A DNA stretch of 14,000 nucleotides from Takakia lepidozioides. Its lineage: Eukaryota > Plantae > Bryophyta. The notes under the pieces were generated by a model. That model did no database searches. It worked only from the letters and a program-made list of their open reading frames with translations, and was not told the DNA's origin. Below are positions 1 through 9,583 of this stretch, one piece after another; the first letter of the stretch is position 1, and every line of letters starts with the position of its first letter. A program made the position numbers and the translations under genes. The stretch covers positions 1 to 14,000 of the forward strand of contig JAKLZA010000163.1 in assembly GCA_030704615.1 (NCBI GenBank). Direction: 5' to 3'.

Positions 1-113
1 CCATGTCGGACATCGAAATTCGGCACCGCATTTCCATGTCGGACATCGAAATGCGGCACCGCATTTCCATGTCGGACATCGAAATGCGGCACCGCATTTC
101 CATGTGGGACAAG
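1..113. repeat. 33-bp tandem repeat (CCATGTCGGACATCGAAATGCGGCACCGCATTT), about 3.4 copies visible, probably continuing left of the window
   Basis: Units start at 1, 34, 67 and 100. Each full unit contains the element palindrome. Confidence 0.95.
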
Positions 114-770
114 AAAATGCGGTGCATCATTTCCGTCCAGGTACACGAAATACCAACACGGGTCTATAAATTGATCAGAAAACGAGGTTGGCATTGCAAA
201 TGCGGCGACGCATTTCCAGCTTGGCAATGGAAACTTCTTTTTGGACAAGGGAATGCGGTGCCGCATTTCCGTCCAACACTTCGAAAAGTGCACCTATTTC
301 CGACCAGCGCGATGGAATGCGTTACCGCATTTCCGAGAGAGGGTCTGCAAATTGACAAATTGCGATGTCCGTTCTGGAAATGCGGCGCCGCATTTCCATG
401 TCCGTCATCGACTTTTTTTTACAATGGAATGCGGTGCCAGTTTTTGTTGATGGGTCTGCAGTTCGAACAACCACCATCCCCAATATGGAAATGCGGCACC
501 GCATTTCCAATCCCGCCATGTCGGCCTCCTTGTTCGACCTCTGTAAGCGTGGTGGCATCCATGCAATGAGCGGGAGAGGCCAAAACTGGCGTGTGGACAA
601 AGGAAATTTTGGAAATGCGGCACCGCATTCCCAATTCAGATTACTTTTTACTATGCCAACATTGAAATGGAAAAATTAGTCCCTCCCCTGTTTTGGAAAT
701 GCGGTGCCGCATTTCCAAAAGAGGTTCTTAGAGTTGCCAAAATTTTGGAAATGCCCTGTCCCATTTCTGA
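14..770. repeat. Left (subterminal) cluster of about 13 copies of palindrome GGAAATGCGGYRCCGCATTTCC
   Basis: Copies near 15, 48, 81, 114, 197, 250, 314, 376, 426, 487, 611, 695 and 747, some of them degenerate. Confidence 0.9.
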
Positions 771-878
771 TTTTGGGAGCGTCCTGGTTTGGGCGATTGT
801 GTGGCTGGAATGCACACTGGAGAGGGGTCACGAATGTCGGGCAGAATTTCTTTATATACTCTGGAAGAGAATTTACAT

Positions 879-3800
879 TTACAGAGACTTCATTAAAATT
901 CTATTAATCTTGAAAATCATCGAATCCTCATCCTGTTCTAGACTGTCCTGCTCCTCCTCCACCCCCTCAGTGCCTCTCTCATCTCCAGCGGACTGCTCGT
1001 TGGCCAGGCTTTCAAAAATCCCATCTTCCCCTTGCGGAACTGTCCATCTCACCTCCGTTGGGTCGTCCTCCTCCCTGTCTGCGTCGCTCTCATCCGCTGA
1101 ATCACATATGTACTTTCGTACCCGTCTACCTGTCTGAGCTGCTGCCAACTCTTTCCTTATCCTTCTGTCCTCCCTAGCCCTCTCCAAAATCTGCTCTACT
1201 TTACTGGGATTCTCACTTCTTCTAATCGCTGTATTTGCGAGTTTAGCTGCATAACTAGGAAGGGAGTAGTCCCTCACCGGGCTCGTCATGAAGTCGGCCC
1301 TCGCAAAGAACGGGACATTCTTCCTGGCAGGAAGTGTAGGCCCTACATGTTTCGACCCGGACCCTGCAATCCTGCACATGACAATCATCAACGAGACTAA
1401 TGAGAACCACAGTCGGGAAATTCCTTTGACATAAATGACCCAGAAGGCTTTGCAAACTTACAATGTTTGCACTCACTCGTATTCCGGGTTCTCCTCTGCA
1501 TCAATGTCCACTGTGTCTTCCTCGGACTCCGACGAATCCGAGGAGACTTCCGCTCTGTCGGGAGCCTTCACATTCCGTTGCAGCCCCTCCAGATGGGATC
1601 CCCACACGGATGAATCCTCCTCGTAGGCAAAGAGGTGCCGGTCGGAAAACCGCCCAGCCCACATTGAGGCACCTGTTACAATGCCATCCACACATTACCA
1701 CATGGCGCTTCAGATGTTGCGAACTACATCCTAACGAGAATTTGCAGAACAGCAGAGATCAAGATTCTGCATACCTGTCCCACAGATGAGGTCCAGCACT
1801 GTGCCCTCCACGTCTGTGCATGTCTCCATAATTGTCTGAATGAAGGCAGGGCTCCGAGTCCGTGAGTACCGCAGGGGTTCCGTTGAAGTGAGGCTATGAG
1901 GGAGAAGTTCCTTGGGAACGTTGTTGAACAGAACGTCGTAATCGAGTGGGTCGCAGTTCGGGTCAACCTTTCCTCCCTCCTTCCGGAAAGCAAAGGTGGA
2001 GTTTTCCTTCACAAAGCAGTATGCATCGAACTGCTTCGTCTGCATACACAGGGGGAAAACGATTAGAAACCGAATGCGGCACCGCATTTGAAAGCACCCA
2101 AGCAAATGAATGGACGAGTGCCAGTGTCGTAATCACCTTCTTCCCTTCCGACCGAAGGCCCAGTGTGTTGATGCACGTCCACTTCTTTTTCAGAATCGGG
2201 ACGGCGCTCTTGCGGGTCCACTTCGCAATTCCTGTCTGAGTGTTTTTTCCTCTGCTCGCCAGGACAACCACACAGCCTCTGTCGTCCAACACCATGCGGG
2301 CAAGCCCGAATCCTTTCTTCCAAAAGTCCTCCGAGTACCTGTTCCAAGATGGCAAAGCTTGCAGTCCTTCCACAGGCTCTCCGTCCGGAATATCCAAGAT
2401 GATCATATCGCAAGACCACTCGGTGGCATTTCCGCCCCTCCTACAATCCTTGTCTGCACACACCCTCTCAAAGAACGAGACCATATTCTGAAATCCTGGG
2501 GTGTCGGAAGGCTCTTCGGCAGTCGCCTTCTTCAGTGCTCTGCCCTTCAGACCCTCCATGGTCTTCATGTATGCCAACTTGGCTGCCCGTCCATCCAAAG
2601 CCGCCAAGAAACTCTCATTTACACACTGGACTACAGTTTCGGGAGCCACTTTCGGCCTCTTCATTTCCACCGGCTCGAAAGGGTGCCCCCCTGGGGGGTT
2701 GAAGAGTGCCTTCTTTGCCGAGCCAGTTCTCGTGCCTCTCGTGACAACGGTGGGCACAGGGGAGGCAGCCTGCGTTTGGGGGGGTGGGCTGGTTGCAAAG
2801 TCTCCATCGGAGTCCTCTTCCTCACCCTCTTCCTGAACAGGCTGTTTCTGCTTCTTCGTTTTGGCGGGTGTCACAACAGCTGCTCCTTGCTGGCGAGTCC
2901 TCTTCTTCGACCCCTTCTGTTGGGCCTGCACAGCTGCATCCACCGTCTTTTGTGCCATCTCAGCTGCCTTTCTGGATTCTTCCAGAGCAGCAGATTCCTT
3001 TGCCGACTTTGGCCCAGCAGGGACACGTCTTTCCTTTCTCTTCTCTTCTGCCAAGGCGTGCAGATCTTTCTCAGACTCGTCAACAATACCGCCAGACATG
3101 TCCAGGTACCACGGGCATCCAACGAGATGCGCGGGATGCCATTGTTTCTGCATCTCGGGTGTGTAGACACAGCTTGGGCCCGCCACGGTCCAAGCCATGA
3201 AGAACGGGGGCTCTTGAGCCAGGGCCCCTGTCTGAAGGAGCACGTATTTCATATACCTGCAAGGCAGTCAGCATGCGTGAGCAAAAGTTGAGACCAACCT
3301 ACTGGCAGAGTGCCACCGAAAACATAAAATGCGAATGCGGTGCCGCATTTCCGAGACAAACCTCGTAACCAGGCTTCGCATACAAGGGCAGCTGTGCTTC
3401 ACCTGTAAACAATTCGCATTGCAGCTTTCCCCGCTCCCTCCTGATGTGTAAACTCCACGCTCCTTCTTGCTGTCTGTAGCTCTCTGGCGAAAAGGTTGTC
3501 CTTGTACGCACATCTGAAACGTGTCACGTAGTCTTCCAATGTCTGTGTTCCATCCCATTTGACGTACAAGCCGAACGAATTTGTGTGCATTACGACTTGC
3601 TCCTTTGCATTCGACATTACCTGCCATTCCCAAATGCATTGTCACGTAGCAGTTCAGGGAATTCATGTCAGAAAAGCAAATCTGGGGAAGTACCTTGAAT
3701 TACCTGGAACCACCAAGTCATGCGGTTGAGCCACACATCCACTGCAGGGTCGGAAACTTCCAGTGGAAAAGACCACATTGTCCTTATGCTCTCGGATGCA

Positions 3801-5624
3801 TTCCAGATCGACAGCCACCGTGTCTGCCATTTCCGATCCAATGTCAGTGGCTGGAAGAGAGTGGCTATTGCTAGGAAGGAAATTCAGTGCATTGAAACCT
3901 CACCTTCTCTTTCGCCTCCACACATGCCGTTGAGAGGTGATGCAGTTTCTCCAATTGCATGGTCGGCTGCATGGCCCGAGAATAGTGTTTTGCAATCTCG
4001 GGGATGAAGTCCTTTCCAAGTGCCGGATCTGCAATTGCCACCAGCTTCACAAGCTTTGACTTGTATTTGGTTCTGGACTTGACACCGGCTTCCTTCAAGT
4101 GCTCAGTCAATGACTGCAACGTTTTGACCTGCCCCTCACTTTCCATGAAGAAGCGTTTGGCATGGGCCAAATCCAGCTTGATGTTTGACTGCCAACAAAA
4201 ACATGCAGAAGCGTTACATTCGATTCATGTGGAAACATTACTGGAAATTGGGGAAGGATGAGCAGAGGGAAATTGGAGCACGACTTACTTCGTATATCAC
4301 CTCCACCATTCCATCCATAGTGAGACGATACCATGTCCGGTCTGTTTTTGCAACGGCTTTCTGAATGAGCTCCGGCTCCAGCATTTCCGCAAACATCTGC
4401 GGATCAGTAAGACCAGTTTTCCTCACCCTGTACAGCATATGTGCCATGTGGGTATGCACGTACGCATTCTCAGTGACCCTGCAAGGCACACTCTCCAGTT
4501 CAGTACACGGAAGCACGGAATCAAACCAGAATGGAAACCGAAATGCGGCACCGCATTTCGAATGTGCTAGGGAGGGTATGAGTATCTTACGAGTTGAGGT
4601 CCGCCATGGCATTCTTGAGGAGGGAGGAGTCTGCCGCCTTCACCTTGAGGATGACACACTCCACCATGTAATGCCAGCCAATGTGCTTGGCATGGTTCTG
4701 CTTGATGTACTCCCACCAGGCGAGAAGTCGGTGATTCCCGTCCCACACAAAGAACATTTTTCCCGACATATGGCCGAAGTCGGGATCACCCTTCAGCGTC
4801 GCCTCGAATTCGTGGTTGCGAGTGTGCCAGTGGGTATCCCACGTTGACAATTCATCGGCAGTGGGTCCACGGGTTTCGCCGTCCTCATTCTCTATGGAAA
4901 CGTAAAACGCTGCCGATCCCAGACGGTACCCTTCTCGAAATGCGAACTTGAGCTTATCCACATCTCCGGGAAGGGCCTGCCTGACGATGGGAAGGGAGAC
5001 CATGCGACAGAGTGGGATTCGAAGAGTCCGCTGGAATACCCTGCTGCCCAGAACTCTGCCAATGCTACTGTGTGTCTCCTCCAACATTTTATCCGCTGCA
5101 CTTTTGAAATCCTCCGGAGACATGTCTGTAGGTGCCGGTAGTGGCTGAGCAGGTGGAGCATCCTCAACTGGAGCTGCACTCTGGGGCCTGTGTGCGGGCA
5201 ATTCTGCCACTGCAGAGGCCTCCTCCGGGCCTGCTAGCTCATCGGTGGTGAGGTCTGCCTGCGAACGTTCAGCGGCAGCACCCTCCTCCGGTACCAAATC
5301 GAGATCAACGGTCGATCCCATTGCCTTCGCTGCAGCAGAGTCGGCCCCAACATCTGCAGGCGGGAAATCCTCCAGGAACTGAGCTTCAGCTCGTGGAAGC
5401 GGTTTTGCGGGAGATTGTTCGGCCGTCGCCCTGATTGCCTTCTGCTTCCTCATCCTTGCAGGTGAAGGTGTCTGCTGCAATAGAATCTGTCTTCTACCCT
5501 GCTGCTTCATTCGCGTTGGGGGGGGTGAATCGGCCTGAGCCGGTTCAGAAGCCAGTAGAGGGACGGGCTGCTTCTTCTTCGACTTTGCTGGAGAAGGGCC
5601 CGACCCCTGCTGGCGATTCTCCAT
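879..5624 (-). CDS. Spliced ParB/Srx-like domain + beta-class (N6A/N4C) DNA methyltransferase-like fusion protein, about 1306 aa
   Basis: Hand-spliced exons (- strand): 5624-4591, 4478-4289, 4188-3904, 3823-3704, 3620-3403, 3256-2137, 2039-1775, 1672-1477, 1371-879. All 8 introns are GT..AG and 80-146 nt, phases are consistent, and the total of 3921 nt has no internal stop. The model joins ORFs 4587..5624, 4238..4612, 3871..4170, 3399..3617, 1963..3252, 1731..2105, 1473..1691 and 879..1391. The donor at 2136 has phase-0 alternatives (e.g. 2115), and the true start may be further upstream. Confidence 0.8.
1612..2415 (-). other. Beta-class amino-methyltransferase domain (N6_N4_Mtase-like)
   Basis: A motif IV-like CDMIILDIPDG (DIPD at 2394-2383) precedes LARMVLDDRGCVVV and, after splicing, motifs X/I/II: FIQTIMETCTDVEGTVLDLICGT|GASMWAGRFSDRHLFAYEED. 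This parallels the canonical VLDPFxGSGTT..AA...GR..IG.E.D. Motif IV lying before motif I is the beta permutation. Confidence 0.75.
2072..2090. repeat. Single palindrome copy inside intron 6 of the ParB-MTase gene
   Basis: GAATGCGGCACCGCATTTG within intron 2136-2040. Confidence 0.85.
3333..3352. repeat. Single palindrome copy inside intron 5 of the ParB-MTase gene
   Basis: GAATGCGGTGCCGCATTTCC within intron 3402-3257. Confidence 0.85.
4540..4559. repeat. Single palindrome copy inside intron 1 of the ParB-MTase gene
   Basis: GAAATGCGGCACCGCATTTC within intron 4590-4479. Confidence 0.85.
4640..5030 (-). other. ParB/Sulfiredoxin-like N-terminal domain
   Basis: RIPLCRMVSLPIVRQ...DVDKLKFAFREGY...FYVSIE...MFFVWDGNHRLLAW...VECVIL. 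DGNHR (4742-4728) matches the ParB/Srx DGxHR signature, with the expected upstream IP..R..v..L....G..V pattern. Confidence 0.75.
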
Positions 5625-6115
5625 GATCGAAGAACGCGAGTCGATCTCTGAGACTTTGAACTTGCCCTTCGAAGACGCGTCTTTGAATCGCAGAGGGCTA
5701 GGCCCGGCAGGAGTAACCCGCGCTCGGGGATCGGGTGGGTGTACGTGCTGCAGCTAGCTCCTCGGACTCTTCCTGCGGCTCTTCGGATTCCTGCGATCCC
5801 TCCAGCACGTCCACCTTTCCTGTTAGGCATGCAAACATGTTCTGCATTCAAGTCTCCTAGCATTCAGTCTAAGAATTACAGAAGCAAAATGGGGGGTTCG
5901 GTGCTCGATCAGCTGCGCGCAGCCCGATCGCATGGAGCTCTCACTGGTGGCTGGGTTGCCTGAGTGGCCTGCTGCTCGGAGATGGCAATCTCCTCCTGTA
6001 GACGCATCTGCTTCCTCCCCTTCGGCATTGGCCTACGTCCGAAGTATAATTTCCGGAGCTTGCGACGAGGTCTCCTGTCTGGTGCACGAACTCCCCCCCT
6101 CTCAGGTTCGAGCAT
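5625..6115 (-). other. Possible additional 5' exons of the ParB-MTase gene (frame disrupted as given)
   Basis: ATG at 6115 (MLEPERGG...QATQPP) follows a pyrimidine-rich tract, with donor GTGAGA at 5944 and acceptor CTAACAG ending at 5820. The spliced frame matches the ATG at 5624 but meets TAG at 5756-5754, while the neighbouring frame reads an acidic VDVLEGSQESEEPQEESEELAAA, which suggests indels. Confidence 0.4.
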
Positions 6116-6462
6116 AAGAAGAACAGAGAGAGGGAAAAGGGGCAAAGAGTGCAGATGGAAAGGGCGCGAGAGGGGTGACTGAGGAGACACGACAAAAGTA
6201 GATGAAACGGCGGTGATGCACCACTTGGGTTCGAAAGGTTGGACGAAAGTGTCTCCTCGTGGAGTTTGCGTCATTACGAAATTCGAATCGTTGAGGGTAC
6301 GCCCGCCGTCCAAAATCAAACATCATTATCCAACGGTCAGGCCGCGCCGCCTCATGCCCCTTCAGTCAGATAGAGTGCCGACATGTGCAGCAATTCCGTT
6401 GCTCCACGTGTTCACATTTCAAGGCATTTCCGTCCCAGCGTCTGATGAGTTGGAGCGAGAAT

Positions 6463-8075
6463 GCGAATGCGGCGCCGCATTTCCGTTAAGTACCATCACG
6501 AAGCTACACATCCGTACTTGTTGGAAGAAAATGCGGCACCGCATTTCCGTTCCACCTTCACATACCTTAGTTGTTGAACGGAAATACGGTGCCGCATTTC
6601 CGTCCCACAGCTCCAAGTATGAGATTCAGAAGGGAAATGCGGCGCCGCATTTCCGTTCCCACTTCACATACGTTAGTTGATGAATGGAAATGCCGTGCCA
6701 CATTTCCGTTCGGGAAAGTATAGAGGTCTCACCTGGACAGAAATGCGGTGTCGCATTTCCGGTCTGGAAAGGTTGAAGGTCTCACATGGATGGAAATGCG
6801 GCAACACATTTCCGTAGCACAGCTCCAGGCCGAATATACAAAACGGAAATGCGGCGCCGCATTTCCGTTCGAGAATGTCGGAAGGTGCGACTCGAACGGA
6901 AATGCGGTGCCGCATTTCTGTACCCGTTGCGCACGATTTTCAGTCAGAATGGAAATGCGGGTTACCGCTGGCGGAAAGGAAATGCCTTCCCGCATTTTCG
7001 TTCCACAGCTCCATGCCTCACATACAAAACGGAAATGCGGTGCCGCATTTCCGTTTTGGAATGTCGGATGGTGGGACTCCGACGGAAATGCGGTACCGCA
7101 TTTCAATTCCGATGTTTCAGGATATTTCATCAGAACGGAAATGCGGTGCCGCATTTCCCTTTTAAATCTAATACATTCCGTTCTGGAATGTTGGGAGGTG
7201 CGACTCGGATGGAAATGCGCTGCCGCATTTCAGTTCCGATGGTTCACGATTTTCAGTCAGAACGGAAATGCGGTGCCGCATTTCCGTTCTGGAATGATGG
7301 TAGGTGCGACTCGGATGGAAATACGTTGCCGCATTTCAGTTCCGATGGTTCACGATTTTCAGTCAGAACGGAAATGCGGTGCCGCATTTCCGTTCTGGAA
7401 TGATGGTAGGTGCGACGGATGGATGGAAATACGGTGCCGCATTTCAGTTCAGATGCCGCATTTCAGTCAGAACGGATGCGGTGCACGCATTTTCGTCAGA
7501 AATGTGTGAATGTCTCAACCGGTCGGAATTGCGCTGTATGAAGCTGTCGGAATCTTACTCGGCTCCAGGCATCAGATACAAAATGGAAATGCGGCGCCGC
7601 ATTTCCTTTATGGAATGTCGAAAAGTGCGACTTTGACGGAAATGCGGTGCCGCATTTCTGTTCCCGTTGTTCATAATTCTCAATCAGAACGGAAATGCGG
7701 TACCGCATTTCCGTTCCACCTTCACATACCGTGCCGGAAATGTGCTGCAGCATTTCTATCCCTCAGCTCCATGCATCAGATACAAAATGGAAATGCGGCG
7801 CCGCATTCCCGTTCTGGAATGTCGAAAAGTGCGACTCGGACGGAAATGCGGTGCCGCATTTCTGTTCCCGTTGTTCATAAATCTCAATCAGAACGGAAAT
7901 GCGGTACCGCATTTCCGTTCCACCTTCACATACCGTGCTTGCTGGATGGAAATGCGTTACCGCATTTCCGTTCTGGAGAGTATAAAGGTTTCCCCCGGAC
8001 GGAAACTCGGTGCCGCATTTCCGTCGCTCTGTGCATGACCAAGATGCAATACGGAAATGCGGCGCCGTTTTCCGT
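6463..8075. repeat. Intergenic array of about 30 copies of the 22-bp palindrome, mostly at a 53-bp period with variable 31-bp spacers
   Basis: Repeat starts: 6527, 6580, 6633, 6686, 6739, 6792, 6845, 6898, 6951 | 6978, 7031, 7084, 7137 | 7211, 7264, 7317, 7370, 7425 | 7585, 7638, 7691 | 7736, 7789, 7842, 7895, 7948, 8001, 8053. The palindrome often extends into the flanks (CAGAAC-GGAAATGCGGTGCCGCATTTCC-GTTCTG at 7258-7291). Confidence 0.95.
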
Positions 8076-9245
8076 CCACCAGCAATCGAAGAATCACTCG
8101 GACGGGAAATCTGGAACCTCAATGGGTTGCATTGTTCCGAAACAACACAATTGCGGCCAGTCTTGATGAGCACAACTTGGTTGTCTGACCGTTTTAACCA
8201 GCAGTCCTGGCACTTGTCAGTGCGAACGTTCCTGTCTGCACCGAGAATACTGCTGGATCCACCCTCAGGAGAAACTGTCAGGAGATGTTATTTCGTCGCC
8301 GAATCGGCCATCATTGTCCTACTCACTGGCTATGGAATCAAACCTCCCACCTTCATGCATGTAGCTTGAAACAATACTTTCCACTTCAATGTGCGACTTC
8401 CAATCGTCGATGGACTCCGCAGATCCACTTAGATGGTGCCTGTGAGCCTTGGTCTGTCGCTATACTGAACCTCGCACTTGCCAACTCCGTGCGGTGTTCG
8501 ATGGCTCCGAATTCCTACGCTATAGTTTGCTGTCCTCCGCAACTTGGGAGAGCCTGGATCCCAAACGAGGGAGGACTTTGCAGAGTGACTGAAACTTACC
8601 TTTGTTCCAAATTCAAGCTCAAACCGGGCACAGTTTATTTGGAAGAAAGAAAGGAAGGATGTTCCTGGACAGGTTGACGAGACCATTGTCGTGCTAGGTA
8701 ACGACGGAGGTTGCGGAATCGAATGGCACGTTCCCCCGTCAGACACCATCCTGTACCGAGCTGTGGGAATGCCCATTCCCTTTCCGAATCAGTCGCTGCC
8801 CACACCATCCACAAAGGAGTCCGGAAACCGAGAGGCGGCCACTGCCAACAGAGAGGTATGCAACGATAATCATTCCCGACCTGGACCGTCAAGACCCTCC
8901 ATAGCTTCTCGTGTGGACGTATTCGACATTTCCGACGAGGAAGATGATTGCATTGAGGTACCCATGTCCTCCACACGGTCGTTCAAATCCGGCATGGACG
9001 TCTCTGTAGGTGCTACGCATGTGCCCTCGAGCATAACTCCAACCCGGTCCATTGTGCAGCTCCTACGACAACATCACCTCGATGGTTCTCGCTCCGAGCT
9101 GGCTGCTCTCGACTATGCCAAATTCCCAGTCAGAAAGGTAACTTTTCTGCCTCCCGAAGTCGATGGCAATGTCATCTTCGAGTTTCCACCTGTTTCTTCG
9201 TCAAAGAAAGCCTCCGGGATGTTAACAGACATGGATCGAAAGCAT

Positions 9246-9583
9246 GACGGACACCCCTGGTGTGTGACGAAGACCAGTAGCACGAAAATTGCTGATGGTG
9301 TTCGTGTACGATATGTCCTCTGTGCGGGGAAGCTGAGGTGCCTCAATCCCACCTGCTTCCACTTTCTCTCCAAAGGAGGCGGAGAAACGAGACGGATTGG
9401 ACTGGCACAACGCATCATCCATTCATTGTCTCCAGCCAAGCTCCTGCGGGTTCTTTCAAGTGTGCACATTGCAAAGAACCACCGACGTGCATGTCCATGT
9501 GCAGAGCCAAGCAATATTACGTAATCCATTTGCTCCCGGACTTGACTAGAGCTTGCATACACGTTGGGGTCCACTGCCACCCC
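9246..9583 (+). other. GCM-like (WRKY-GCM1 fold) zinc-binding DNA-binding domain of the transposase
   Basis: DGHPWCVTKTS...RYVLCAGKLRCLNPTC /fs/ ...FKCAHCKEPPTCMSMC...RACIHVGVHCHP. The Cys/His spacing and terminal HxGxHxHP are typical of GCM/WRKY/FLYWCH-type domains found in MULE transposases. Confidence 0.6.

Noticed and set aside
3-679. ORFs 3..569, 365..679, 322..600 and neighbours
   Set aside because: Same repeat-derived peptide pattern; the region is the non-coding left palindrome cluster.
879-1691. ORFs 879..1391 and 1473..1691 as separate small genes
   Set aside because: Good in-phase splice sites (acceptor 1673, donor GTGAGT at 1476, acceptor 1372) join them to the MTase gene, and 1672 onward completes SAM-binding motifs I-II. 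Termination at the TGA at 1473 remains a possible isoform.
2110-3291. 393-aa + strand ORF and other + strand ORFs in 667-5963
   Set aside because: Antisense shadows of the GC-rich exons of the - strand ParB-MTase gene, with no recognisable motifs.
4587-5624. Bacterial/plasmid parABS locus or restriction-modification system (contamination)
   Set aside because: No ParA or restriction nuclease and no operon structure are present. The gene has spliceosomal introns and lies beside a MULE transposase and a Gypsy gag.
6463-8075. CRISPR array
   Set aside because: The repeat/spacer geometry is similar, but spacers recur in a few types and in block duplications, the repeat also occurs singly in introns, no cas genes are present, and the context is an intron-containing eukaryotic transposon.
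6213-8173. Overlapping ORFs on both strands (e.g. 6748..7509, 6786..7403, 7510..8166)
   Set aside because: These are translations of the stop-poor palindrome (KCGAAFP / EMRRRIS / GNAAPHF in all frames), with no evidence of coding.
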